NCBI GenBank assembly: GCA_020073005.1
Contig: JAIQFX010000051.1
Coordinates: forward strand, 732-64,731
Length of the DNA stretch: 64,000 nucleotides
Direction of reading: 5' to 3'
Source: Terriglobia bacterium
GTDB lineage: Bacteria > Acidobacteriota > Vicinamibacteria > Vicinamibacterales > CAVVIG01
Shown one piece after another: positions 1 to 9,987 of the stretch. The notes beneath the pieces are model-generated. The model was not told the DNA's origin and did no database searches. It was given only the letters and a program-made list of their open reading frames with translations. The translations under genes and the position numbers were made by a program. Within the stretch, counting starts at the first letter, position 1. The number at the start of each line of letters is the position of its first letter.

Positions 1-240
1 AACCTCGGCGAAGTGCTGTTCGCGAAGAACAAGAACGACGAAGCGAGCCAGGCGTACACCAAGGCGGCGCAGATGGACCCGACATGGGGCAAGCCGCTCT
101 TCGGGCTCGCGAAGATCGCCCTGAACAAGGGCGACAAGGATGGCGCGATCAAGGCGTTCGAACGCGTCGTCGCCGCCGACCCGAGTTCGCCGGAAGCCGC
201 GCAGGCGAAAGCGGTCGTGGAGCAGTTGAAGAAGTCATGA
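1..240 (+). CDS. TPR-repeat protein, C-terminal fragment (gene begins upstream of window)
   Basis: Frame 1 is open from the window edge to TGA at 238-240. The sequence ...AYTKAAQMDPTWGKPLFGLAKIALNKGDKDGAIKAFERVVAADP... has TPR-like helix-pair spacing, similar in style to the C-termini of the downstream sulfatase/TPR paralogs. Confidence 0.6.
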   Translation, partial: NLGEVLFAKNKNDEASQAYTKAAQMDPTWGKPLFGLAKIALNKGDKDGAIKAFERVVAADPSSPEAAQAKAVVEQLKKS

Positions 241-385
241 GGTGCCGGGTGCGGCGTACCTGGTGCCATGCGGGGTGCGGGGTGCCGCGTGCGGCGTCCC
301 GTACACAGTGCGGCGCACCCGGCACTAGCCTGAGGCACCCGGCACGGCACCCAGCACTTCAGCACCAGGCACCCAGCACCCGCCG
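241..385. repeat. Inverted arrays of G-rich heptamers (GGTGCSG-like on the left, complementary CACCCRG-like on the right), intergenic
   Basis: Left part: ggtgccg ggtgcgg ... ggtgcca ... gtgcggg gtgcggg. Right part: cacccgg cac ggcaccc agcac ... accaggc acccagc accc. Together they can fold as a long imperfect hairpin between two genes. Confidence 0.7.
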
Positions 386-2593
386 ATGTCCCGCCCCCTC
401 CGATATACGTTCATTCTGATACTGGCGGCTCTTGGCACCGGCCTGGCGGCCGTAGGCGGATGGCGGTACGCGCGCGCGTCGGCGCCCGTCAGCGGCCCGA
501 TCGTCATCATCTCCATCGACACGCTGCGCGCCGATCATCTCCCGGCGTACGGCTACCAGAAGGTCAAGACGCCGGCGATCGACGCGCTGGCCGCCGACGG
601 CGTCGTGTTCGAGCGCGCGTACTCGCACGCGCCGCAGACGCTGCCCGCGCACGCCGCGATCCTCTCGGGCCTGCTGCCCTTCGAGCACGGCGTCCGCGAC
701 AACATCGGCTTCACGGTGAAGACCGGCGAGCGGCTCCTGCCGCAGATGCTCCGCGAGCGCGGGTTCACGACCGGGGGCGTCGTCTCGGCGTTCGTCCTGC
801 GCAAGGACACCGGCATCAGCCAGGGCTTCGATTTCTTCGACGGCGAGATGCCGCCGGCCACGCCCGATCAGCCGATCGGCTCGGTCCAGCGCGACGGCGC
901 CGTGTCGGAAGCGATCGCGGAACGCTGGCTCGCGTCGATCGGCACGTCCCGCGCGTTCCTGTTCCTGCACCTCTACGAGCCGCACAAACCGTACGCGCCG
1001 CCGGAGCGCTACGCGCAGTTCGCGCCGTACGACGGCGAGATCGCGTACAGCGACGAGATCGTCGGCCGGCTCATCCGCTACCTGAAATCGCATCAGCTGT
1101 ACGACCGATCGACGATCGTGCTGCTGTCCGATCACGGCGAGGGCCTCGGCGATCACGGCGAGCAGGAGCACGGCCTGTTCGTCTACGACGAAGCGATCCA
1201 CGTGCCGCTGATCATCAAGCAGGAAAGCAACGTCGGCGCGGGCCGCCGCGTGACGGGCCTCGTCCAGCACATCGATCTGGTGCCGACGATTCTCGATCTC
1301 GTCAAGGCGCCGATTCCCGGCAACCTGCGCGGCCGCTCGCTCAAGCCGGTCCTCGACGGCACGGGACCGCTCGCCGAGCCGTCCGTCTACTCCGAAGCGC
1401 TCTACGCCCGGTATCACTTCGGCTGGAGCGAGCTGACGGCGCTGACCGACGACCGCTATCGTTTCATCAAGGCGCCGCACGAAGAGCTCTACGACCTGCA
1501 GCGCGATCCGCACGAGCGCGAGAATCTGGCGGGCGATCGCGTGCAGGCGCGACAGGCGCTGCGCGCCGCGCTGGATCGTCTCGCCGCCGGCGCCGCGATT
1601 CATGCGCCGGCCGAAGTCTCGGCCGACGCGCGCGAGCGGCTGCAGGCGCTCGGCTACGTCGGCGCGCAGACCGAGATCGCGACCGCGCCCGGCGAGACGC
1701 TGCCCGATCCGAAAGACAAGCGGCAGATTCTCGAGACCTACCGCGCGGCGGTCGACCTGGCGGGCGAACGCAAATGGCCGCAGGCGATCGCGCTGCTTCA
1801 GCAGATCCTGCGCGAGGATCCCGGGATGGCGGACGTCTGGAGCCAGCTCGCCGGTTTTGCGGGGCGTCTCGATCGCATGGATCTCGTCGTCGACGCCTAC
1901 AAGCACTACATCGAGCTGAAGCCGTCGGAGCCCGGCGGCTATCTCGGCGCGGCCTCGGCGTTTTTCAAGCAGCGCAAGCTCGAGGACGCGCGGGCGCACG
2001 CCGCGCTCGCCGCCGACGTCGCCTCCGATCACGACGTCCGGTCGCGGGTGGCCGCGCACGAACTGCTCGCGCGCCTCGCCCTCGCCCGGCACGACGCCGA
2101 TGACGCGCGACAGGAAGCCCAGCTCGCGCACGAGGCGGATCCGAAGCTGCCCATCGTTCCGTACATCGACGCGCGCCTGCTCTACGATCAGGGAAAATTC
2201 GGGGACGCGCTCCCGCTCTTCGAGCGCGCGCTCGCCGATCAGCAATCCGGCGGCAGTCCGCTGGCCGAGCTGCACTACTACGCGGCGGACACGTTCGGGC
2301 GCCTCGAGCGATATCCCGACGCCGAAGCGCAGTTCACCGCGGAGCTGCGCGACTTCCCGCAGAACTCGCGCGCGCGCGGCGGATTGGCGATGCTCTACCA
2401 GGCCAACGGTCAGACCGACGCCGCGAATCGCGCCATCACCGACATGATTCGCGTGGCGCCGACCCCCGAGTCCTACGCGCTCGCCGCGCGCCTCTGGACG
2501 ATGTTCGGTGACCGGCAACAAGCCGATGCCATCCGCGCGGACGCGCGACGGGCGTTCGCCGACACGCCGCGACGCGCCGCCAACGCGCGCTGA
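386..2593 (+). CDS. Membrane-anchored sulfatase-like (alkaline-phosphatase superfamily) enzyme fused to a C-terminal TPR domain, paralog 1 of 4
   Basis: 735-aa ORF with an ATG start and N-terminal hydrophobic anchor [17 protein letters not shown]. Motifs [31 protein letters not shown] and [18 protein letters not shown]. Linker [10 protein letters not shown]...DPKD is followed by a TPR-like C-terminal half. Confidence 0.85.
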   Translation: MSRPLRYTFILILAALGTGLAAVGGWRYARASAPVSGPIVIISIDTLRADHLPAYGYQKVKTPAIDALAADGVVFERAYSHAPQTLPAHAAILSGLLPFEHGVRDNIGFTVKTGERLLPQMLRERGFTTGGVVSAFVLRKDTGISQGFDFFDGEMPPATPDQPIGSVQRDGAVSEAIAERWLASIGTSRAFLFLHLYEPHKPYAPPERYAQFAPYDGEIAYSDEIVGRLIRYLKSHQLYDRSTIVLLSDHGEGLGDHGEQEHGLFVYDEAIHVPLIIKQESNVGAGRRVTGLVQHIDLVPTILDLVKAPIPGNLRGRSLKPVLDGTGPLAEPSVYSEALYARYHFGWSELTALTDDRYRFIKAPHEELYDLQRDPHERENLAGDRVQARQALRAALDRLAAGAAIHAPAEVSADARERLQALGYVGAQTEIATAPGETLPDPKDKRQILETYRAAVDLAGERKWPQAIALLQQILREDPGMADVWSQLAGFAGRLDRMDLVVDAYKHYIELKPSEPGGYLGAASAFFKQRKLEDARAHAALAADVASDHDVRSRVAAHELLARLALARHDADDARQEAQLAHEADPKLPIVPYIDARLLYDQGKFGDALPLFERALADQQSGGSPLAELHYYAADTFGRLERYPDAEAQFTAELRDFPQNSRARGGLAMLYQANGQTDAANRAITDMIRVAPTPESYALAARLWTMFGDRQQADAIRADARRAFADTPRRAANAR

Positions 2594-2605
2594 CGCGGAA
2601 CCACG

Positions 2606-4807
2606 GTGGGAAAAGAATCCTCCTCTCGTTTCAGTGTCCTCCGTGGTGTCGCCTTTCTTCTCGTCGCAGCTCTCGTAACGACGGTCGCAGTCTTCGTTTT
2701 CCGGAGCCGCGGCGTGCAAGCCGACCTTCGGCCGATCCCCAATCAAAACGTCCTGCTCATCACCATCGACACGCTTCGCGCCGACGCGCTCGGCAGCTAC
2801 GGCGGACAGGCGTCGACGCCCGCGCTCGATCGTCTGGCCGCCGGCGGCGTGCGGTTCGATTTCGCGCACGCGCACGCCGTCCTGACGCTGCCTTCGCATA
2901 CGAGCATCCTCACCGGCCGGTACCCGTTCCAGCACGGCGTGCGCGACAACAGCGGCTACCGCCTCGCGCCGGACGCGCGCACGGCGGCGACGATCCTGAA
3001 GCGCGCCGGCTACGCGACGGCGGCGTTCGTCGCCGCGTTCCCGCTCCACTCGCGCTTCGGGTTGAACCAAGGCTTCGACGTGTACGACGACCGCTTCGGC
3101 GAGACGCGCGCCCCGACCGAGTTCGTCATGCCCGAGCGCCCGGCGACGACGGTCGTCGCGCTCGCGCGCGAGTGGCTCGCCGCGCGGCACGATCGTGCGT
3201 TCACCTGGGTCCACGTCTTCGAGCCGCACGCGCCGTACCGCCCGCCGCCGCCCTACGACGCGCAGTACGCCGCGCGCCCGTACTACGGCGAGGTCGCGGC
3301 GGCCGACGCGGCGCTGGCGCCGCTGCTCGACGATGTCCGCCGGTCGGCGCAGCCGACAGTGGTCATCGTCACGGGCGATCACGGCGAGGCGCTCGGCGAT
3401 CACGGCGAGGACACGCACGGCATCTTCGCGTACGAGTCGACGCTCAGGATTCCGCTGATCATCGCGGAGCTCGGCGGGACAGGTCCGGCTGAAGCCGGAC
3501 GCCACGATAACAGTCGGGTCCGGCTTCAGCCGGACGACGGCGAAGTCTCGAGCGTCGCCGCGCGTCACGTCGACATCCTGCCGACGATCCTCGACGCGGT
3601 CGGCCAGGCGATTCCGTCCGATCTCCCGGGCCGCTCGCTGCTCTCCGCCGCCGAGCGCCGCTCGGCGGCGGCGCCGCGCACGTCGTACTTCGAGGCGATG
3701 TCCGGCATGCTGAACCGCGGCTGGGCGCCGCTCACGGGCGTGCTCGCCGATCGCGACAAGTACATCGACGTGCCGATCCCCGAGCGGTACGAGCTCGCGA
3801 GCGATCCCGCTGAAGCCTCGAACCTCGCGGGCCGCGCGCCGGAGCGCGATCGCACGCTCGCCGCGAGCCTTCGCGCGTTCCAATCGGAGCTGCCGGGCCA
3901 GCGGCGTCCGGAAGATCCGGACGCCGCGGCGCGGCTGCGCGCGCTGGGGTACGTGAGCGGCGACGCGCCGATCAAGCCGCGCTACACCGACGCGGACGAC
4001 CCGAAGACGCTCGTCGGCCTCGACCAGGAAATCCACCGCGGCGTCGACCTGTTCGTCGCGAAACGCTTCGCCGACGCCGTGCAGGTGTACGAGGGCGTCA
4101 TCGGCCGCAGGCCGGACATGGCCATCGCGTACCGCCATCTCGCGTTCGTGCGGTGGGAGTCGGGCAACGTCGCGGCGGCGATCGCCGTGCTCGAGCGGGC
4201 GCGCCAAGCGGGCGTCGCGCACGGCGGCATCACGTCGCAGCTGGGCGCGTATCTCGCGGAAGCCGGCCGCGCCTCCGACGCCGTCCGCCTGCTGCAGCCC
4301 GTGGCCAGCGCCGCGGCGCCCGACATCGACGCCCTCAACGCGCTCGGCATCGCCTACGCGCGGAGCGGACGGGCCGGCGAGGCGCGCGCCGTGTTCGAGC
4401 GGATGCTCGCGCTGAATGCGGAAAGCGCGATGGCGATGGAGAATCTCGGCACGCTGGATCTGGAGCGCAACGATCTGCACAGCGCCGGCAGACACTTCGC
4501 TGACGCCGTCCGCGTCGATCCGTTTTCGTCACAGGCCCAGGCCGGCATGGGCGTCGTCTCGCTGAAGACCGGCGACCGCCGATCGGCGATCGCGGCGTGG
4601 ACGAAGGCCGTCGAGCTCGACGCCACCAACTACGACGCGATGTACAACCTCGCCATGGCGCTCCTGGGCGACAAGCAGGCGGCGGCCGCGCGTCCCTATC
4701 TCGAACGATTTCTCCGCTCGGCGCCCGCCGCGTTTTACGAAAAAGACCTGCGGGAAGTCGCGGCGCTGCTCCAGCGCCTGCCTCAGGACGCCCGGGAAAA
4801 ACGCTAA
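2606..4807 (+). CDS. Sulfatase-like/TPR fusion protein, paralog 2 of 4
   Basis: 733-aa ORF starting with GTG at 2606 (exact start uncertain). Anchor FLLVAALVTTVAVFVF. Motifs LLITIDTLRADALGSYGG, LTLPSHTSILTG and VTGDHGEALGDHGEDTHG. Linker ARLRALGYVSG...DDPKT is followed by TPR-like repeats. It carries the in-frame palindromic insert at 3484-3535. Confidence 0.85.
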   Translation: MGKESSSRFSVLRGVAFLLVAALVTTVAVFVFRSRGVQADLRPIPNQNVLLITIDTLRADALGSYGGQASTPALDRLAAGGVRFDFAHAHAVLTLPSHTSILTGRYPFQHGVRDNSGYRLAPDARTAATILKRAGYATAAFVAAFPLHSRFGLNQGFDVYDDRFGETRAPTEFVMPERPATTVVALAREWLAARHDRAFTWVHVFEPHAPYRPPPPYDAQYAARPYYGEVAAADAALAPLLDDVRRSAQPTVVIVTGDHGEALGDHGEDTHGIFAYESTLRIPLIIAELGGTGPAEAGRHDNSRVRLQPDDGEVSSVAARHVDILPTILDAVGQAIPSDLPGRSLLSAAERRSAAAPRTSYFEAMSGMLNRGWAPLTGVLADRDKYIDVPIPERYELASDPAEASNLAGRAPERDRTLAASLRAFQSELPGQRRPEDPDAAARLRALGYVSGDAPIKPRYTDADDPKTLVGLDQEIHRGVDLFVAKRFADAVQVYEGVIGRRPDMAIAYRHLAFVRWESGNVAAAIAVLERARQAGVAHGGITSQLGAYLAEAGRASDAVRLLQPVASAAAPDIDALNALGIAYARSGRAGEARAVFERMLALNAESAMAMENLGTLDLERNDLHSAGRHFADAVRVDPFSSQAQAGMGVVSLKTGDRRSAIAAWTKAVELDATNYDAMYNLAMALLGDKQAAAARPYLERFLRSAPAAFYEKDLREVAALLQRLPQDAREKR
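3484..3535. repeat. Palindromic GTCCGGCTKMAGCCGGAC element, double-arm copy, inside the paralog 2 CDS
   Basis: gtccggctgaagccggacgccac (3484-3506) is the reverse complement of the 23-mer at 38202-38224 and 62582-62604. The second arm gtccggcttcagccggac lies at 3519-3535. It is translated as ...PAEAGRHDNSRVRLQPD... Confidence 0.85.
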
Positions 4808-4820
4808 GATCTGATCCTCC

Positions 4821-7277
4821 ATGACCGCAGGGCTCGTCCTCGCGCTGGCGGCAGCCGTGGCCGTCCAGGATCAGGCGGCGCCGGTCTTCAAGGCCGGCGT
4901 CGAGCTCGTCCGGCTGGACGTGCGCGTGACGGACGCGCTCGGCCGGCCGGTGCGCGATCTGCGGCCGGACGAGCTCGAGGTGATCGAAGACGGCGAGCGC
5001 CGGCCGATCGTCTTCTTCCAGCACATCGAAGAGCCGGCCGAGTCGTTCGCGGACGTCGCGCGGCACACGGTCGCGGGCGAAGTCTCGACCAATCAGGGGG
5101 CGGCGCGCGGGCATCTGTACGTGCTCGTGTTCGACCAGGAGCACATCACGCCGGGCCGCGAACAGCGCGTGCGCCAGGCGGCGCGGCGCTTCGTGCAGAC
5201 GCGGCTGCGCCCGGGCGATCGCGTCGCGCTCTACGCGCTGCCGGGACCGGGACCGCAGATCCCGTTCACGGCGGACGCGCGGCGGATCGCCGCCGAGCTG
5301 TCGAGCGCGCGCGGGATCGCGGAGCCGCAGGCGTTCGGCGCGCTCGGCAGCATGTCGCTGCCGGAGGCGTACCAGATCGTGCTCGGGAACAACGAGGTGT
5401 ATCAGCGCGTGGCGGAACGGATCCAGGGGCAGGGGACGAGCGACGCCGCGCGCCGCGCCGACGCATCGCTCGTCGGCAGAAGCGACACGCCGCTGACCAA
5501 TCCGATCAAGGAAGACGCGGAACGGATCGCCAATATCGCCGACGGCCAGACGCGGCGCGTGCTCGCGGCGCTGACCGACCTGCTGCGCGCGATGCGCGGC
5601 ATCGAGGGACGCAAGTCGGTGCTGTTCATGTCCGAGGGCTTCTACGGCGACCGCCTGTCGCGGGAGATCGAGCAGGTCGCGGCGGCGGCCGCGGAATCGT
5701 ACAGCGTCATTCACGCGTTCGATCTCAACCGCCGCGAGCCCGACATCACGCTCGACGAGCCGTCCGGCGCCGACCAGGCGAACGCGATCCACGACACGCT
5801 GAGTCCGCTCGGCTCGCTGGCCGCCGAGACGGGCGGCTCGCTCGTCATCGACGCCAGCATGCGCGCCGGCGAAGCCTTCGACGCGATGGCCGATCAGTCG
5901 CAGGACTACTACCTCGTGGGCTTCACGCCGCGCGCGGAGGCGCTGAAGGATCGCGGCGCGTACCGGCGCGTGGCCGTGCGCGTCCGCCGCGGCGGGGCGC
6001 AGGTCAGCACGCGCACCGGGTTCGCGCTGAATGAAACCGCGGCGCGCCTGGATCGGCGGCAGGCGATCGATCGCGCCATGACGTCGCCGTTCCCGCTCCA
6101 GGGCCTGCCGGTGCAGTACACGACCTACGTGCTGCGCGGCAGCGCGGCGGGCCTGCAGCGCGTGATTCTCAGTCTGGCCGCGGAGCTGCCGCTCGCCTCG
6201 CGCGATGGCGCGCCAACCGGCGTCGCCGACGCCGCGGACGTGGCCTTTGTCGTGCGCGCGGCCGTTGACGGCCGCGTGGCCGCCAGCGGTCACGACGCGA
6301 TCGCCCTGCCCGAACGGCGGGCGCCGGCCAGCACGACGGGGACCGGCACGTTCCGCGCGCAGTTCGAGCTGCCGCCCGGCGACTATCTGATGCGCGCGAT
6401 CGTGCGCGAGCCGGGCGGGCTCGTCGGCAGCGCCGACCGCCGCTTCACGGTGCGCGCGCTGAACGGACCGACGCTCGAAAGCGGCGACCTCGTCCTGAGC
6501 CCGACGCGCGGCGAGCTGCCCGTGCGGCCGACGGCGTACATCGGCGACGGCCTGAGCGGCGTGCTGGAGCTCTACGCGCGGACCATTGATCAATTGCGCG
6601 ACGCGCGCGTCGTCGTCGATCTCATTCCGGTCGGCGAGGACGCGGCGATCGTCTCCGGCTCGGCCGATCTGCAGCCGATCCGCGCGATCGCGGGGGGCGC
6701 CGCGCGCGAAGCTCGCGTGGCGCTGCCGCTTCCGTCGGTCGCGCCGGGAACGTACGTCGCCCGGGCGCGCGTGTTGTCGGGGTTGGACACCGTGTCGCAG
6801 GTCGTTCGCGACATCGAGATTCGGCAAGGCCAGCGTCCGGCGTCTGTCGATGAAGATCCGCCGGCGGCGTTCGATCCGCAGGCCGTGGTGACCGGCGCGG
6901 TGGCGCGTGACTACGCGGCCGCGGCGACGACGGGCGCGGAGGGCCGGCGCGGACTCGAGCGCCTCGGCGCGCGCGACTTCCCGGCGGCGATTACAGCGTT
7001 TCAGGCGGCGCTGGCTGCGGACGAGAACAACGGCGCCGCGGCGTTTCTCCTGGGCTGGGCGTTTCACGGCGCCGGCGACGATCGACAGGCGATCAGCGCG
7101 TGGCGTCGCGCCGCCTTCGTCGATCCCACGCTCGTCTCCGCGCACCTCGCGCTGGCCGACACCTACCTCCGCCTCGCGCAGCCCGCGCTCGCCGTCCAGG
7201 CGCTGCGCGCGGGTCTCGTCGCGCTGCCGCAGTCGGTCGAGCTTCTCGATCGATTGGGTCGGATCGAACGACGATGA
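4821..7277 (+). CDS. VWA-type protein of the 'VWFA-related acidobacterial domain' kind with a C-terminal TPR-like tail
   Basis: 818-aa ORF with a signal-like N-terminus. Lead-in FKAGVELVRLDVRVTDALGRPVRDLRPDELEVIEDGERRPI, then a VWA-like region ending YYLVGFTP...YRRVAVRVRRGGAQVSTRTGF. The tail is TPR-like. The stop overlaps the next start (ATGA at 7274-7277). Confidence 0.75.
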   Translation: MTAGLVLALAAAVAVQDQAAPVFKAGVELVRLDVRVTDALGRPVRDLRPDELEVIEDGERRPIVFFQHIEEPAESFADVARHTVAGEVSTNQGAARGHLYVLVFDQEHITPGREQRVRQAARRFVQTRLRPGDRVALYALPGPGPQIPFTADARRIAAELSSARGIAEPQAFGALGSMSLPEAYQIVLGNNEVYQRVAERIQGQGTSDAARRADASLVGRSDTPLTNPIKEDAERIANIADGQTRRVLAALTDLLRAMRGIEGRKSVLFMSEGFYGDRLSREIEQVAAAAAESYSVIHAFDLNRREPDITLDEPSGADQANAIHDTLSPLGSLAAETGGSLVIDASMRAGEAFDAMADQSQDYYLVGFTPRAEALKDRGAYRRVAVRVRRGGAQVSTRTGFALNETAARLDRRQAIDRAMTSPFPLQGLPVQYTTYVLRGSAAGLQRVILSLAAELPLASRDGAPTGVADAADVAFVVRAAVDGRVAASGHDAIALPERRAPASTTGTGTFRAQFELPPGDYLMRAIVREPGGLVGSADRRFTVRALNGPTLESGDLVLSPTRGELPVRPTAYIGDGLSGVLELYARTIDQLRDARVVVDLIPVGEDAAIVSGSADLQPIRAIAGGAAREARVALPLPSVAPGTYVARARVLSGLDTVSQVVRDIEIRQGQRPASVDEDPPAAFDPQAVVTGAVARDYAAAATTGAEGRRGLERLGARDFPAAITAFQAALAADENNGAAAFLLGWAFHGAGDDRQAISAWRRAAFVDPTLVSAHLALADTYLRLAQPALAVQALRAGLVALPQSVELLDRLGRIERR

Positions 7278-9204
7278 AAACGAAGAAAGGGACCTTTCTC
7301 TCCGTGTCCTCCGTGTCCTCTGTGGTGATTTCTTTCTTGGTCGGAGCGCTCGCTTTAGCGCAGTCGCCGCCGCCAAACGTCCTCCTCATCACCATCGACA
7401 CGGTGCGGGCCGATCATCTCGGCGCGTACGGTTACACGAAGGGCGCAACACCGGCGATCGATAGGCTCGCGCGCGAGGGCGTCCGCTTCGCCGATGCCAC
7501 GTCGCAGGCGCCGTTGACCGGACCGGCGCACGCCGCGATCCTCACCGGGCAGTATCCGGCGCGGCTCGGCGTCCGCGACAACGCCAGCACGCCGATTCCC
7601 GCCGGCACGTCAACGCTCGCGACGATGTTCAAGGGGCGCGGGTACAGGACGGGCGGCTTCGTCGGCGCGTTCATCCTGGGCCCGGAGTACGGCTTCGCGC
7701 AGGGCTTCGACACGTTCGACGCGACGTTCGCGCGATTCAACGCCGGGATGAAGCTGCAGGCGCAGCGCCGCGGCGGCGAGGTGACCGACGCCGCGCTCAA
7801 GTGGATACGGGGAGACAGCCACCAGTTCTTCGCGTGGGTGCACCTCTACGACGCGCACGCGCCGTACGACGCGCCCGCGCCCTTCCGCGCGCGCTTCGCG
7901 GCGGCGCCGTACGACGGCGAGGTCGCGTACGTCGACAGCTGCATCGCGAAGATCGTCGCGGCCCTCGAACAATCGGGCCAGCTCGAGCGCACGCTGATCG
8001 CCGTCGTCGCGGATCACGGCGAGGGACTGGGCGATCACGGCGAAGCCGAGCACGGTCTGTTCCTCTACGAATCCGTGCTGCACGTGCCGTGGATCATGCG
8101 GCTGCCCGGCCACGACGCCGCGGGATCGGTCGTCAAGACGCAGGTGCGCGCGATCGACGTGCTGCCCACGCTGGCGGCAATCGCGGGCGTGACGCCGCCG
8201 AAGACGGACGGCTCTATCCGAAGTGGCACTTCGGCTGGAGCGAGCTGAAGTCGGTCCGCGTCGGCGACTGGAAGTACATCGACGCGCCGAAGCCGGAGCT
8301 GTACGACATGCGCGCGGACGCCGGTGAAGCGCGCAACGCCATCGACGCGCGCGGCCCGCTCGCCGGCGGTCTGTCCGCGGAGCTCGGGAAAATCCAGACG
8401 GGATTCGGCGCCGCCGCCACCGTCACGGATGCGCCGCAGCCCGATCCGGAAACGCTGGCGCGGCTGCGCAGCCTCGGCTACGTCGGCATCGCGTCGCCGT
8501 CGCCGGGCGTGCGCGGTCCCGATCCGAAGGACATGGTCCCGACGCTCGAGACCTTCAAGACCGGAATCAGCCGCGCGATGGACGCGCTCGGGCGCGGCAA
8601 CGCGGACGCCGCGATCGCGCAGCTGAAGACGCTCGTCGCGATGAACGATCGTTCGTACGAGCTGCACCTGTTTCTCGGCGACGCGTACGCGGCCAAGCGC
8701 CAGTACGACACGGCGCTCGGCGAATACGCCGCCGCGCGGATGCTGAACGCGCACAGCAGCGCGCCGGCCATCTCCGAGGCGCGCGTCTATCTGGGGCAGG
8801 GCAATCTCGCGCGCGCGCTGCAGCAGATCGACGCGGCCGAGCGCCTGGATCCGACGAGCAGCGAGGTGCCGCTCGTCCGCGGCGAGATTCTGGAGAAGCA
8901 GGGCCGCGGTCCGGACGCGCTCGCGCAGTACGAGATTGCCGTCCGCACGAACGGCTCGGACGCGCAGGCCCGCGTCAGCCTCGCCAGCCTGGCGCTGCAG
9001 CTGCGTCAGTACGATCTGGCCCGGCCGCAATTCGAGAAGCTCGTGCAGATGGGCTATCGTCCGTCGCGGATGCACTTCGGGCTCGCGCAGATCGCCGAGG
9101 CGCAGGGCGACGTGAAGAAAGCGATCGCCGAGTATCGTCTGGCCCTGAAGCTCGAACCGTCGCTCAAGGAAGCCAGCGCGGCGTTGTCACGGCTCAGTCA
9201 ATAG
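7274..9204 (+). pseudogene. Sulfatase-like/TPR fusion, paralog 3 of 4, broken by an internal deletion plus frameshift near 8210
   Basis: Frame A (7274-8248) reads MKTKKG...LLITIDTVRADHLGAYGY...LTGPAHAAILTG...[17 protein letters not shown]...GVTPPKTDG and then hits nonsense and a stop. The frame offset by 2 nt (-1 frame) resumes at about 8212 with LYPKWHFGWSEL...ARLRSLGYVG...TPR and runs to 9204. About 22 residues conserved in the paralogs (RSL...YSE) are missing at the junction. Confidence 0.8.
7299..7327. repeat. Single arm of the CTCCGTGTC-type repeat, encoding part of the signal peptide (LSVSSVSSVV)
   Basis: cctccgtgtcctctgtggt at 7308-7326 is the exact reverse complement of accacagaggacacggagg at 48651-48669. 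Confidence 0.8.
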
Positions 9205-9212
9205 GAGGCACC

Positions 9213-9980
9213 ATGCTCCCGTTTGCGCTCGTCGCGATCCTTCTCCAGTCGCCGGCGTCAGACGCGCGGCAGGTCGCGCTCTCGGCCATACAGATCGTCA
9301 CCGAGGTCGACGCCGGCAAGCTCAAGGGCGATCTCGTGCGCCTCGCCTGGTCGCCCGACGGCAGGCAGTTCTATCTGCAGACGATCGAACGCGACAGCCA
9401 CGGAAACGTGAAGCAGGCGCGGCACTACGTCGTGTCCACGGCGTCGAGAGACGTGAAGAGCGCCGAGGGCGAGCCGGACTGGGCGTCGCAATACTGGACG
9501 TGGAAATCGGCACAGGCATCGCCCGCGGTGGCGACATTCAAGATCGACGTGAGCTCGCGGCAGGAAACCGTCCGGTCGACGGCGGCGCCCACCGGCGGCG
9601 CGCTCGCCAAGGGCGGCGCCGCTGATCCGGCGGCCGGCTCGACACTGCAGGACGTCGCATCCGCCGCCGACACGGCGCAGGTGCAGAACATCTACTCGCT
9701 CAAGGTGAAGAACGAAACGATCGGCGAGTGGATCAACGAGCCCGTGCTACCGGGCGTCAACTTCGCCTGGGCCCCGGCGCCCATCTCGCTCCTCGTGTTC
9801 GCGAAGCGGGAAGGCGGTCCGCTCACCGTACTGGATCCGTCCGGGCGCAAACAGGAGCTGACCGGCGCGAAGGCGGCGCTGCTCCCCGCCTGGTCGAACG
9901 ATGGGACGAAATTGGCATGGCTCGAGCGGAAGGACAGAAAGAAGTACGACCTGAAGATCGCGGAGATCTCATCGCGCTGA
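9213..9980 (+). CDS. Hypothetical exported protein with two PD40/TolB-like motifs
   Basis: 255-aa ORF preceded by AGGAGG (caataggaggcaccATG) and with a hydrophobic N-terminus. Motifs LAWSPDGRQFYLQT and PAWSNDGTKLAWL resemble PD40 beta-propeller blades. No family recognised otherwise. Confidence 0.6.
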   Translation: MLPFALVAILLQSPASDARQVALSAIQIVTEVDAGKLKGDLVRLAWSPDGRQFYLQTIERDSHGNVKQARHYVVSTASRDVKSAEGEPDWASQYWTWKSAQASPAVATFKIDVSSRQETVRSTAAPTGGALAKGGAADPAAGSTLQDVASAADTAQVQNIYSLKVKNETIGEWINEPVLPGVNFAWAPAPISLLVFAKREGGPLTVLDPSGRKQELTGAKAALLPAWSNDGTKLAWLERKDRKKYDLKIAEISSR

Positions 9981-9987
9981 TGCGCCC

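Noticed and set aside
84-522. ORFs 84-419(+) and 325-522(-) across the first intergenic region
   Set aside because: They are translated from the GGTGCSG/CACCCRG repeat arrays and the flanks of real genes. Their peptides are low in complexity and they have no SD or sensible context.
359-4495. 1378-aa ORF on the minus strand spanning two sulfatase-like genes
   Set aside because: It is an antisense shadow ORF, typical of very GC-rich DNA. Its composition is dominated by R/A/G/D/V with no recognisable domain. The plus strand carries two ORFs with clear catalytic motifs and signal/anchor sequences.
7100-7273. Upstream 58 codons of ORF 7100-8248 (MASRRLRRSHARLRAP...)
   Set aside because: This segment lies inside the 3' end of the preceding VWA/TPR gene in another frame. 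The ATG at 7274 gives a proper signal peptide and an ATGA stop/start overlap.
4335-7376. 1013-aa minus-strand ORF opposite the VWA gene. Similar long shadow ORFs lie at 13472-15166(+), 18862-20955(+), 25827-27293(+), 28034-29809(-), 28330-29859(+), 36840-38045(-), 38970-40433(-), 40235-41947(-), 42268-44691(-), 43239-45500(+) and 53765-56143(+).
   Set aside because: All overlap, on the opposite strand or in another frame, genes with strong family signatures. Their sequences are Arg/Ala/Gly/Pro/His-rich and low in complexity, with no motifs. They are by-products of stop-codon scarcity at high GC.
7801-8210. N-terminal ~135 residues of ORF 7801-9204
   Set aside because: It is an Arg-rich nonsense reading of the sulfatase domain in the wrong frame. 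Only the part from about 8212 onwards matches the paralogs (LYPKWHFGWSEL...).
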